A stretch of 64,000 nucleotides of DNA, from NCBI GenBank assembly GCA_001002285.1, contig LCLX01000001.1, forward strand, positions 64,030-128,029. Reading direction: 5' to 3'. The DNA comes from Microgenomates group bacterium GW2011_GWC1_46_15 (lineage in GTDB: Bacteria; Patescibacteriota; Microgenomatia; UBA1400; UBA12028). Positions within the stretch are counted from its first letter, which is position 1. Each line of letters opens with the position of its first letter. This document shows, piece by piece, positions 48,279 through 57,404 of this stretch. Position numbers and translations under genes: made by a program. The notes beneath the pieces are model-generated. The model made no database searches, was not told the DNA's origin, and saw nothing but the letters and a program-made list of their open reading frames with translations.

Positions 48279-49355
48279 TTGTATATGCCCGACGCAGCCC
48301 CTAACGATCAAAATCTCCTTGCAGAGTTAACGCAGCTCAAACAAAAAGCCGATGCGGCAACGCTTCCCGAAGACTTAAAAGCAAACATTGATCAAATGCT
48401 TTCGCGTCTTCAGCGCATGGCGTCGCTCAGCACGTACTCTGAGGAGTACGACCGGACATCACACTATATTGATTGGATTGTTTCCCTGCCGTGGGATAAA
48501 AAATCAGACGATGTCATGGATTTGGTAAAAACGAAAGAAGTATTTGAAAAGCATCACTTTGGCATGGTTGACGTGAAGGAGCGGTTTTTTGAGTACGTCT
48601 CTGTTTTAAAATTGAAAGCGGGGCAGGAAGGAACGAAAGGAATTGTGCACGCGCCAGTGTTACTATTGGTTGGTTTAGTTGGAACAGGAAAAACAACATT
48701 TGCCTATTCATTAGCTGAGGCGTTAGGAAGAAAAATAGTCCGTATTCCGTTTGGCGGTATGAGTTCCGCGCGGGATTTACGCGGGCAGTCGCGTCTGCAC
48801 TTGGAAGCAGAACCGGGGTATATTATAAAATCACTGCGCCAGGCCGGTGTTCGCAACCCTGTCATTTTGCTTGATGAAATTGACCGCGTTTCCGATGATA
48901 CGCGCGGCGAAATCATGGGTGTGTTGGTTGAGCTATTGGATCCTGAACAAAACAAAGCGTTCACCGATTACTATATTGATTATCCATTCAACTTGTCCGA
49001 AGCAATTTTTATTGCCACGGCAAATAATACGGAAAAAGTTGCAACCGCCGTACTCGATCGTTTGGAAACGATCACAATGCCGTCGTACACCGACGAAGAA
49101 AAGATTCAGATCGGTAAAAACTACTTGTTGCCGCAAGCGCTGGTCGAGGCAGGCCTCAAACCTGAGCAGTTAATGATTGAAGAAGCATTATGGCCGCAGA
49201 TTGTTCGTCCTTTGGGGTATGATGCTGGCATTCGTACGCTACAAAGAACGGTTAAAGGTATTGCGCGCAAATCCGCAAAACAAATTGTTGAAGGATCACT
49301 TCAGCAAGTTGTGATGAATCAGTCAAATATAAAGGAATATTTACCGACGTATTAG
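48279..49355 (+). CDS. Lon-like AAA+ ATPase module without N-domain or protease domain
   Basis: VLLLVGLVGTGKTTFAYSLAEALGRKIVRIPFGGMSSARDLRGQSR...VILLDEIDRVSDDTRGEIMGVLVELLDPEQNKAFTDYYIDYPFNLSEAIFIATAN aligns block-for-block with the Lon A-domain, as recalled from memory. The ORF ends before any Ser-Lys protease domain. Confidence 0.7.
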   Translation: MYMPDAAPNDQNLLAELTQLKQKADAATLPEDLKANIDQMLSRLQRMASLSTYSEEYDRTSHYIDWIVSLPWDKKSDDVMDLVKTKEVFEKHHFGMVDVKERFFEYVSVLKLKAGQEGTKGIVHAPVLLLVGLVGTGKTTFAYSLAEALGRKIVRIPFGGMSSARDLRGQSRLHLEAEPGYIIKSLRQAGVRNPVILLDEIDRVSDDTRGEIMGVLVELLDPEQNKAFTDYYIDYPFNLSEAIFIATANNTEKVATAVLDRLETITMPSYTDEEKIQIGKNYLLPQALVEAGLKPEQLMIEEALWPQIVRPLGYDAGIRTLQRTVKGIARKSAKQIVEGSLQQVVMNQSNIKEYLPTY

Positions 49356-49368
49356 AATAATACACACG

Positions 49369-50004
49369 ATGATGATGATGAACAAAGCAGCCGCACTCAA
49401 AGATATCCGCGCCCAGCTCGAAGCAGATTATGCCGACCTCCCCCTTGTTTCCAAACCCGAGGATATCGTTCCTGGCGAAGGAAATGGTGAAGCAGAGATT
49501 CTGTTTATCGGTGAAGCCGCCGGGCGCAACGAAGCAATTCAGCGCCGCCCATTTGTTGGACTTGCCGGAAAACTCGTTGACCGCCAGCTTCAAAAAATAA
49601 ACATCAAACGTGAGGATGTGTACATCAGCAACGTCGTGAAGTGCCGTCCGCCGGAGAACCGCGATCCACTGCCGGAAGAAATTGCCGCGTTCGCGCCGTA
49701 CCTCGATAAAGAAATCGAGATTATTGATCCAAAACTCATCATCACGCTAGGCCGATTCAGTATGGGAAAGTTTATTCCCGATGTCAAAATCAGCATGATT
49801 CACGGGCGATTACATAAAGTAAAGTTCAAAGGAAAAACGCGGTTTGTTTTGCCGTTTTATCATCCGGCGGCAGCGTTACGGCAAGGAAAAGTGATGGACA
49901 TGTTTGAGAAAGATTTTTTGCGCGTACCAGCAATTCTCAAATATATTAAAGAACACGCGCAAGATATTCTTGTAGAAGAAACTATTATAGAAACGTTATT
50001 TTAG
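49369..50004 (+). CDS. uracil-DNA glycosylase, family 4/5 (thermostable UDG-like)
   Basis: Motif A GEAAGRNE and motif B FYHPAA. The start is probably ATG 49378. Confidence 0.65.
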   Translation: MMMMNKAAALKDIRAQLEADYADLPLVSKPEDIVPGEGNGEAEILFIGEAAGRNEAIQRRPFVGLAGKLVDRQLQKINIKREDVYISNVVKCRPPENRDPLPEEIAAFAPYLDKEIEIIDPKLIITLGRFSMGKFIPDVKISMIHGRLHKVKFKGKTRFVLPFYHPAAALRQGKVMDMFEKDFLRVPAILKYIKEHAQDILVEETIIETLF

Positions 50005-50044
50005 CCGCGCATATGCAGCACGGCTGAAACGTGAAAGGAAAAAT

Positions 50045-51706
50045 ATGAATGCATTAAAAATTATTCCGCTTGGCGGAATGGGAAACGTCACACGCAATAT
50101 GTTCGTGTATGAGTATGACAATGAAATACTCATCGTGGACTGCGGTATCGGATTTCCCGAAAAATACATGCTCGGAGTTGATGTGCTTATCCCGGACGTG
50201 TCGTATATTCAAAAGCGCTTAAAAGAGGGGGCGAAAATTATCGCGCTGTGTTTGTCGCACGGGCACGATGATCACATCGCGGCTCTGCCGTACATTTTAC
50301 CCATGCTCGATGCAGAGTTCCCGATCTTTGGATCTCCGCTCACCGCGGCGTTTGCGAAAGCCCGCATGGCCGACCACGGAATCGAAAAAGAAGTGCTTGA
50401 GTACGACGAAACCCGGCCGATGAAGTTTGGCAAGTACTTTGCGGTTGAAACGATTCGGATGACGCACTCGGTGCCGGACACGCGCCACCTCGTGATTCAC
50501 ACGCCGGAAGGTTCTGTGTATCACGGTTCGGACTTTAAACTGGACATGAACCCTGTCGATGGCATCCGCCCGGATTTCTCCAAAATCGCGACGATTGGAA
50601 ACGCTGGTGTATTGTGCGCGCTCGTTGACTGTCTGCGCGTTGATCGCCAAGGATGGTCGCCTTCCGAAACCATTATTCTTGATGCACTGGAACGCGAGAT
50701 ACGTGACTGCAAAGGCAAGATGCTGATTACGTTGATGAGCTCAAACATTCATCGCGCCCAGCAGGCAGTGGACGTTGCGGTGAACCACAATAGAAAAGTT
50801 GTGTTGGTTGGCCGGTCCATTGAGCAAAACGCAGAAGTCGCCCAGCAACTTGGTATGTTGAACATTCCAAAAGGAACACTTGTGCAGAAAAAACACATGG
50901 ACGAATACAAAGATAATCAACTGCTGATTATCATTGCCGGAAGCCAGGGCCAGCCAGGGTCCTCGCTTGTGCGCGCGGTGTACGGGGAACACCCACTTAT
51001 TACCATTGGCAAGAACGACAAAGTTGTGTTTAGCACAGAACCAATTCCCGGCAATGGGCCGAACGTGTACGAAACAATTGACGAGTTGTCGCGCAACAAC
51101 ATTGATGTGTCGTACTCCGACATTGATGACGACTTGCACGTTTCCGGACACGCGGGAGTTGTTGAACAGCAGCTGCTCATTTCATTGGTGAAACCAAAGT
51201 ACTTGATACCAATTGGCGGCACCGATCGCCACCGTGTCCAGTTCCGCCAAATGGCGATGAGGTTAGGATACGATGGCCGGCAAGTTCTGCTCCCAAAGAC
51301 AGAGCAAACTGTTGTGATGTCGAAGGGTCAAGCCTCACAGGGCGAGGAAGTTCCACTCAAAGACCTCATGGTTGATGGGCTAGGAATTGGCGACGTTGGG
51401 AACGTTGTTCTCTCTGACCGCAAACTTATGGCCGAAGAAGGAATGGTTGTCGTCATTATCCCCATGAGTGATGGCGTGTGGGACCTCAAACGCATCGCCG
51501 TGGTCAGTCGAGGCTTTGTGTTCATGAAGAAAGCCGACGAGATGGTCCGCGCGATCAAGGAGGAAACAACCGAGATTTTGACAAAAGAGGGCAAGCGCCT
51601 CGATGAAATCGAGCTCAAGCGGACGATTGAAAAACGGTTGACAAAGCGGATGGACGCATTGATCGGCCGAACGCCGCTCATTTTACCGGTGTTTTACGAG
51701 GTATAA
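50045..51706 (+). CDS. rnj: ribonuclease J (metallo-beta-lactamase/beta-CASP)
   Basis: LSHGHDDHIAALPY, the beta-CASP region, and the C-terminal domain. Confidence 0.85.
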   Translation: MNALKIIPLGGMGNVTRNMFVYEYDNEILIVDCGIGFPEKYMLGVDVLIPDVSYIQKRLKEGAKIIALCLSHGHDDHIAALPYILPMLDAEFPIFGSPLTAAFAKARMADHGIEKEVLEYDETRPMKFGKYFAVETIRMTHSVPDTRHLVIHTPEGSVYHGSDFKLDMNPVDGIRPDFSKIATIGNAGVLCALVDCLRVDRQGWSPSETIILDALEREIRDCKGKMLITLMSSNIHRAQQAVDVAVNHNRKVVLVGRSIEQNAEVAQQLGMLNIPKGTLVQKKHMDEYKDNQLLIIIAGSQGQPGSSLVRAVYGEHPLITIGKNDKVVFSTEPIPGNGPNVYETIDELSRNNIDVSYSDIDDDLHVSGHAGVVEQQLLISLVKPKYLIPIGGTDRHRVQFRQMAMRLGYDGRQVLLPKTEQTVVMSKGQASQGEEVPLKDLMVDGLGIGDVGNVVLSDRKLMAEEGMVVVIIPMSDGVWDLKRIAVVSRGFVFMKKADEMVRAIKEETTEILTKEGKRLDEIELKRTIEKRLTKRMDALIGRTPLILPVFYEV

Positions 51707-51711
51707 CGAAA

Positions 51712-51731
51712 GATCGGGACTTCCCCTACCC
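51712..51731. repeat. GATCGGGACTTCCCC motif copy 1
   Basis: Read directly from the sequence. Confidence 0.5.
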
Positions 51732-51821
51732 TATATGAAAGATTGATAGATAGGACAAAGATGGAAGACCGTTTTTGAGTACTGTATTATATATAGTTCA
51801 AACTGAATCAAAAAGAGCAGA

Positions 51822-51840
51822 GATCGGGACTACCCATATA
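51822..51840. repeat. GATCGGGACTACCC motif copy 2 (direct)
   Basis: Read directly from the sequence. Confidence 0.5.
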
Positions 51841-51905
51841 CCAGCACTTCACAATCTAACAATTGGTATTAAAAAAACCTGTTCTGTCAAATAAAAAACA
51901 ACATT

Positions 51906-51921
51906 AACGGGAAGTCCCGAA
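51906..51921. repeat. inverted copy 3 (AACGGGAAGTCCCGAAC)
   Basis: Read directly from the sequence. Confidence 0.5.
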
Positions 51922-51971
51922 CTTACCTGGTAGCCTTCCACCCCTTCCCCCCTTGTGCTAGGATAAAACGT

Positions 51972-54152
51972 ATGGCACGTCGAGGAAGAAAACGGGCACT
52001 TTTCAAGGTAAAACTACGGGCGGAAACGCTCCACTCGTTGGGCGCACTTACACTGTTTGCGTGTGCTGGGCTTGTCGCGGCCTCATTCTCTGGCCAGGGT
52101 GAAATTCTGCAGGGAATGAATGACTTTCTCCGGCATATGCTCGGTCCGGTCGCGCTTTTTGTGCCATTTCTTTTTATCTCTATGGGTCTTGTGCTCACCG
52201 GCGTACGGTGGTCGTTTGCCAAACCACAGGTGTTACTCGGGAGTATATTGTTGACGCTTTCTATTGCGGTACTTGGGAAAACAGGAACACTCGGCGTGGA
52301 TATGTACAGAAACCTAAGTGTCCTTATTCTGCCAGTCGGTACAAACATGTTGTTCATCACGATATTTGTTGCATCACTTTTACTCATGAGTGATACGTCA
52401 ATTGGCGATATTTTCCGCTTTTTCCGCTCATTTATTGAAGTGCAAAAGGGTGGAGTGAGGCCGGAAAAAGGTTTTTCAAAAATTGCTCTCCCAAATATGA
52501 TTTCTGGTGACTTTAAGATCCGGGGTGGTAATCAGGCACAAAAAGCAGCGGATGCCGCGCTTGCGCAAAAAACTGGCCTTGGTGGCCTTACCCAACAGCA
52601 AAAAGATGAAAAAAGAGAAATGGAAATTTATCACAAACGGCCTATTCTGTCTGATGAATCTGGGCTTCCTGAAAAAACGCTTCTCAATGTTCCTGGCGAA
52701 CAAATGGTGTGGCAGCTTCCCCCGCTGAGTATGTTAGATCAGCGGTCTGGTGGCCAAGCCGACCGCGGTGATGTAAAAGGGAGCGCCGAGATTATTGAAA
52801 AAACGCTGGACTCGTTTGGTATCCGCTCAAAAGTGCGCGAGGTAAACCTTGGTCCGGCGGTTACGCAGTACGCACTGGAAATCGCGTTAGGCACAAAGTT
52901 GTCCAAAATTACGTCGTTGTCCAACGACTTGGCACTTGCTTTGGCCGCTCCAACGGGCCAAATCCGTATCGAAGCGCCAATTCCTGGCCGCGGGTATGTT
53001 GGCATCGAAATTCCAAACCGCTCACCTGAACTTGTCACAATGCGCGCGATGCTCACGAGCGATGCAATGAAGAAGGCAAAATCAAAGTTGTGCGTTCCGT
53101 TGGGGCTCAATGTTTCCGGCGAGGCGGTTGTTACTGACATCGCGAAGATGCCGCACTTGCTTATCGCCGGCGCTACGGGTTCGGGTAAATCGGTTGCTGT
53201 GAACGCGTTTATTTCATCAATCCTATTCCGCGCGTCACCAAACGAAGTGAAGTTTATTCTTGTTGATCCAAAACGTGTTGAGTTGACGCAGTACAACGAT
53301 ATTCCGCATCTTTTGACTCCGGTTATCGTGGAGCCAAAAAAAGTTGTTTCGGCGCTCAAATGGGCCATGAATGAAATGGATCGCCGGTACAAAACGTTTG
53401 CCGAGGTTGGCGTTCGCAATCTTGAAGCATTTAATGAGCTATCCGGATTCCAGGCGCTTCCGTACATCGTCATTATTATTGATGAGCTGGCGGATATTAT
53501 GTTGTTTAACCCGGCCGATGTTGAAGAAGCCGTAACGCGCATTGCACAAATGGCGCGTGCCACTGGCATCCACTTAGTCCTCGCGACGCAGCGCCCTTCG
53601 GTTGATGTTATTACCGGTCTTATCAAAGCAAACATTCCTGCGCGTATGGCATTCAACGTTACCTCAATGACAGACTCGCGTGTTATTTTGGACAGTCCAG
53701 GTGCGGAAAAACTACTGGGCCGTGGAGACATGCTGTATACTCCTCCCGATCAAGCGAAACCGAGCCGTATCCAAGGTACGTATATTACCGACAAAGAAGT
53801 GCGCGCGCTCATTGATTTCATCAAGAAAAACGGGTTGCAGCCGCAGTATCAGGAAGAAATTACAACCAAGTTTATTTCCAATAAAGTCGGGGCGCGTGGT
53901 GGAACAGCGGGCAATGGTTCAGATGAAACCGACCCACTGATTGATGAAGCAGTTCGCATTGTCATGGAGTATGACCGCGCATCCGCCTCAGTCTTGCAAA
54001 GAAGATTATCGGTTGGATACTCGCGCGCGGCCCGCATTATTGACCAGCTTTTTGAACACGGCATTGTCAGCCCGCCGGAAGGAAGTAAGCCGCGCGATGT
54101 AAACATGAAAGCCGCGCAGGACTATTTGGCGAGTAAAGAACAAACCTCATGA
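51972..54152 (+). CDS. ftsK: DNA translocase FtsK/SpoIIIE
   Basis: N-terminal TM helices, Walker A GATGSGKSV, Walker B IIIDELAD, and the C-terminal gamma winged helix. Confidence 0.85.
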   Translation: MARRGRKRALFKVKLRAETLHSLGALTLFACAGLVAASFSGQGEILQGMNDFLRHMLGPVALFVPFLFISMGLVLTGVRWSFAKPQVLLGSILLTLSIAVLGKTGTLGVDMYRNLSVLILPVGTNMLFITIFVASLLLMSDTSIGDIFRFFRSFIEVQKGGVRPEKGFSKIALPNMISGDFKIRGGNQAQKAADAALAQKTGLGGLTQQQKDEKREMEIYHKRPILSDESGLPEKTLLNVPGEQMVWQLPPLSMLDQRSGGQADRGDVKGSAEIIEKTLDSFGIRSKVREVNLGPAVTQYALEIALGTKLSKITSLSNDLALALAAPTGQIRIEAPIPGRGYVGIEIPNRSPELVTMRAMLTSDAMKKAKSKLCVPLGLNVSGEAVVTDIAKMPHLLIAGATGSGKSVAVNAFISSILFRASPNEVKFILVDPKRVELTQYNDIPHLLTPVIVEPKKVVSALKWAMNEMDRRYKTFAEVGVRNLEAFNELSGFQALPYIVIIIDELADIMLFNPADVEEAVTRIAQMARATGIHLVLATQRPSVDVITGLIKANIPARMAFNVTSMTDSRVILDSPGAEKLLGRGDMLYTPPDQAKPSRIQGTYITDKEVRALIDFIKKNGLQPQYQEEITTKFISNKVGARGGTAGNGSDETDPLIDEAVRIVMEYDRASASVLQRRLSVGYSRAARIIDQLFEHGIVSPPEGSKPRDVNMKAAQDYLASKEQTS

Positions 54153-54787
54153 CAGAGATGAAGTCGGTTGGACGCCTTTTTCAAGACGAGCGGAAGCTCC
54201 AGCACAAAACGTTGGAAGACATTGCGAAACGCACCAAGATTCATGTAGAGTTTTTATCTTCGATTGAATCGGATGATTTTTCTGCGCTCCCGCAAGGCCC
54301 GTTTGTAAAAGGATTTATCCGCACGTACGCGTTGGAGCTTGGATTGGATCCGGAGCATGTATTAGCGATCTACCGCCGCGATTTTGGCGTGCAGCCTCAG
54401 CAAAAACTTGTTCCTGATGGTGTGTTGTATCCGCTCAAACGGTCTGTGTGGAGATGGTTTTCACCAAAAACGCTTGGAGCACTTATTGTAACTTGTGTTG
54501 CGGGCGTGTTTCTCATCTTTCAATTGATCTCGCTTCAACGACTGCCCATTGTAGTAGTCAGTAGCCCTTCGGACAACACATCAACAAAAAGTCCGGTATT
54601 TGTGAAGGGGAGAACGGATACCGATGTTGTTATAACAATAAACGATGCGCAAATTTCGTTAAATCAAGATGGTGAGTTTCAAACATCGCTTGAACTTTCA
54701 ACTGGAGACCAAACAATAACGGTGCGTGCCGAAAATAGAAAAGGAAAAAGTACGATTGTCCGGCGTTCGATCAGTGTTGTACAATGA
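54149..54787 (+). CDS. rodZ: RodZ-like HTH/transmembrane protein
   Basis: LEDIAKRTKIHVEFLSSIESDDFSALPQGPFVKGFIRTYALELGLD mirrors the RodZ N-terminal HTH. One TM helix follows. Confidence 0.55.
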   Translation: MTEMKSVGRLFQDERKLQHKTLEDIAKRTKIHVEFLSSIESDDFSALPQGPFVKGFIRTYALELGLDPEHVLAIYRRDFGVQPQQKLVPDGVLYPLKRSVWRWFSPKTLGALIVTCVAGVFLIFQLISLQRLPIVVVSSPSDNTSTKSPVFVKGRTDTDVVITINDAQISLNQDGEFQTSLELSTGDQTITVRAENRKGKSTIVRRSISVVQ

Positions 54788-54802
54788 AAAGAAAGGAAAT
54801 AT

Positions 54803-55072
54803 ATGGATCCACTTGTTCTTACACTCACTATTGTTAGCTCGGTGCTCGCAATTTTCTTAGTTATTCTTGGAGTACAGGCATTTTTAACGCTCCGCGATGT
54901 ACGCGCGACATTAAAGAGAATAAATACGATTATGGATGTTACACAAAACACCGCGCTCCGGGCGCTTGTGCCATTTTCAAACATGGGCGGATTTGTTACA
55001 GGCATTAAAAGCGGGCTCAAAGTATTTGAAACATTCGTGCAGTATCTCCACAGGAGTATGAATGAAGAATGA
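54803..55072 (+). CDS. hypothetical small membrane protein
   Basis: 89 aa, one TM helix. Confidence 0.35.
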   Translation: MDPLVLTLTIVSSVLAIFLVILGVQAFLTLRDVRATLKRINTIMDVTQNTALRALVPFSNMGGFVTGIKSGLKVFETFVQYLHRSMNEE

Positions 55073-55421
55073 TATGCAAACGCAGGAAAAGAACTCCGGG
55101 GGTTTTACCGCGGGAATCGTTCTTGGTGCGTTAACCGGCATGGTCGGGATGTTTTTGTTCGGCACAAAAAAAGGCGAGAAAACATTGCATAAGCTAAAAC
55201 AAAAATGGGAAACGATCAAGCCTACAATTGAAGCAGAACTTGAACAAGAGGGCCACATACTCGAGAAATCGAAGAAGCCGTTTTTCCAAGCCGTTGGCGA
55301 GATTGTTGATTATGTCGCGGACTCTCTGGAAAGTGGAGAGAAAAAATCAAAGCCTTTCATGATCGGTGGGACAAGGCAGCAGTCTCAGCAGGTGAAAAAG
55401 CGGTATTTCAAGAAAGCATAA
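55062..55421 (+). CDS. hypothetical small membrane protein
   Basis: 119 aa, one TM helix (GIVLGALTGMVGMFLFG). Confidence 0.35.
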   Translation: MKNDMQTQEKNSGGFTAGIVLGALTGMVGMFLFGTKKGEKTLHKLKQKWETIKPTIEAELEQEGHILEKSKKPFFQAVGEIVDYVADSLESGEKKSKPFMIGGTRQQSQQVKKRYFKKA

Positions 55422-55445
55422 CTTTCCTCTGGTATAATCTTCTGT

Positions 55446-57377
55446 ATGACTCCCAACGACCTTCGCACACAGTACATTGCATTTTTCTTTGTTCGCGGGC
55501 ACGCAGAACTCCCTTCAGCCCCGCTTGTTCCGGAAAACGATCCCACCACGCTGTTTACAGGTTTTGGTATGCAGCCGCTCGTTCCATATCTTTTGGGTCA
55601 GCCCCATCCTGAAGGGAAACGCTTAGTAAACTCGCAAAAAAGTTTCCGGTCGGGGGATATTGAGGAAGTTGGGGACAATCGGCACACCACATTTTTTGAG
55701 ATGCTTGGAAATTGGTCGCTCGGCGACTACTTTAAAAAAGAGCAACTCCAATGGTGTTTTGAGTTTTTAACGCAAACGCTTGAACTCGACCCAAAGAAAT
55801 TATTTGTAACGGTATTCCGTGGAAACGATGCAGTTCCACGCGATACCGAGTCGGTGAAGATTTGGAAAACGCTTTTTTCCGATGTTGGTATGCAGGCGCA
55901 GGATGTTGATTTTTCTGAGCGCGACGGGATGCAAAACGGCCGCATTTTTTACTACGATGAAAAGAAAAACTGGTGGTCGCGGTCGGGCGTTCCCTCTGCA
56001 ATGCCTACGGGTGAGCCTGGTGGACCGGATAGCGAAGTGTTCTATGATTTTGGTGCAGAACTGGGTTTGCATGAGTCCTCGCCATACAAAAATCAGCCAT
56101 GCCACGTAAACTGCGACTGCGGCCGGTTTTTGGAAATCGGCAACAGCGTGTTTATGCAGTATCAAAAACAAGCCGATGGTTCGTTTACTGAACTTCCACA
56201 AAAAAATGTTGATTTTGGCGGTGGCTTGGAAAGAATTTTAGCTGCAGTACATGATGAACCAGATATATTCAAAACAGAATTTTTTAGTGATTTAAGAAAT
56301 AAATTACTCGACGGAATAAATAAAGTAATAATAGATCAGACCAATCCAGAGTATACAAAATTGACTAATACAAGGGAATCTAGAGTAAGAATATTTTTAG
56401 ACCACTCAAGGGCTGTAATATTTCTTATGGGTGAGGGCATAAAACCAGGGAAAAACGAAAGAGAATATGTGGTGCGTAGATTAATTAGAAGAGCTGATGA
56501 TCAGTTATCTATCCTTAAATTAGACCACGAATTGTACTGGAAGGAGGCAATTTCTCATTATAAAAAAGTTTACAAAAATGTTTATAGTGCCTCATGGGAT
56601 CAAGAAAATATTCTAGGCATCATAATCAATGAATTAAGAATATATGGTACTGTTTTTAAAAATGTTGAGAAAATAAAAATAGAATTAATAAAATTAAAAG
56701 AAAAATTTTCACCAATTTCCCTTGCTTCAACATACGCTGGTCCAGTTTTATTTCATTATCAAAGTACGTATGGAATACCTAGTACAGCAACTCTCCCATT
56801 AATAGAAGAAGTTGGTTTATTACCAAAATATGCTTTTACAAGTTTTAATAAAGAAAAAGCGTACCATCAGGAAAAATCACGCACGGCATCCAAGGGTATG
56901 TTTAAAGGGGGACTTGCGGATCACTCAGAAAACGTAACGAAGTACCACACTGCAACGCACCTTCTGCACGCCGCGCTGCGCAAAGTACTCGGTGAACACG
57001 TTTCTCAGCAGGGCTCAAACATTACGGGTGAACGACTGCGGTTTGATTTTTCGCATCCCACAGCGCTCACAGAAGAACAAAAAAAGAAAGTTGAAGATAT
57101 GATCAATGAAAAAATCAAAGAAGATCTTCCCGTAACGCAAGAAATGGTGTCCAAAGACGAGGCGCTCAAGCAGGGGGCGATGGCATTTTTCAAAGAAAAA
57201 TACGCCGATACCGTTTCCATGTATACGATCGGCAAAGATCTTAAAAAAGGCTGGTTTTCTAAAGAGTTGTGCGGCGGCCCGCACGTTGCGCATACCGGTG
57301 AAATTGGCCCAATAAAAATCACAAAAGAGGAATCAGTTGGCTCAGGGATTCGGAGAATCTATGTGCAGTTTGCCTAA
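55446..57377 (+). CDS. alaS: alanine--tRNA ligase, short form (catalytic + recognition + editing domains, no C-Ala domain)
   Basis: FTGFGMQP, FFEMLGNWSLGDYFK and GGGLERI form the class II core. The editing HxxxH...CGGxH is present (HTATHLLHAAL...ELCGGPHVAHTGEIG). Only 643 aa. Confidence 0.85.
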   Translation: MTPNDLRTQYIAFFFVRGHAELPSAPLVPENDPTTLFTGFGMQPLVPYLLGQPHPEGKRLVNSQKSFRSGDIEEVGDNRHTTFFEMLGNWSLGDYFKKEQLQWCFEFLTQTLELDPKKLFVTVFRGNDAVPRDTESVKIWKTLFSDVGMQAQDVDFSERDGMQNGRIFYYDEKKNWWSRSGVPSAMPTGEPGGPDSEVFYDFGAELGLHESSPYKNQPCHVNCDCGRFLEIGNSVFMQYQKQADGSFTELPQKNVDFGGGLERILAAVHDEPDIFKTEFFSDLRNKLLDGINKVIIDQTNPEYTKLTNTRESRVRIFLDHSRAVIFLMGEGIKPGKNEREYVVRRLIRRADDQLSILKLDHELYWKEAISHYKKVYKNVYSASWDQENILGIIINELRIYGTVFKNVEKIKIELIKLKEKFSPISLASTYAGPVLFHYQSTYGIPSTATLPLIEEVGLLPKYAFTSFNKEKAYHQEKSRTASKGMFKGGLADHSENVTKYHTATHLLHAALRKVLGEHVSQQGSNITGERLRFDFSHPTALTEEQKKKVEDMINEKIKEDLPVTQEMVSKDEALKQGAMAFFKEKYADTVSMYTIGKDLKKGWFSKELCGGPHVAHTGEIGPIKITKEESVGSGIRRIYVQFA

Positions 57378-57404
57378 GCTCCTCTTTCTTGATTAAATAG
57401 GGGT

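Noticed and set aside
51707-51971. The GATCGGGACT repeats as a CRISPR array
   Set aside because: There are only three short, imperfect copies, with irregular spacing and mixed orientation. There are no cas genes anywhere in the window.
56220-56870. The AT-rich block in alaS as an intein or group I/II intron
   Set aside because: The frame is continuous and the encoded residues correspond to the expected AlaRS mid-domain. There are no intein termini (Cys/Ser…His-Asn) and no intron structure. Domain replacement fits better.
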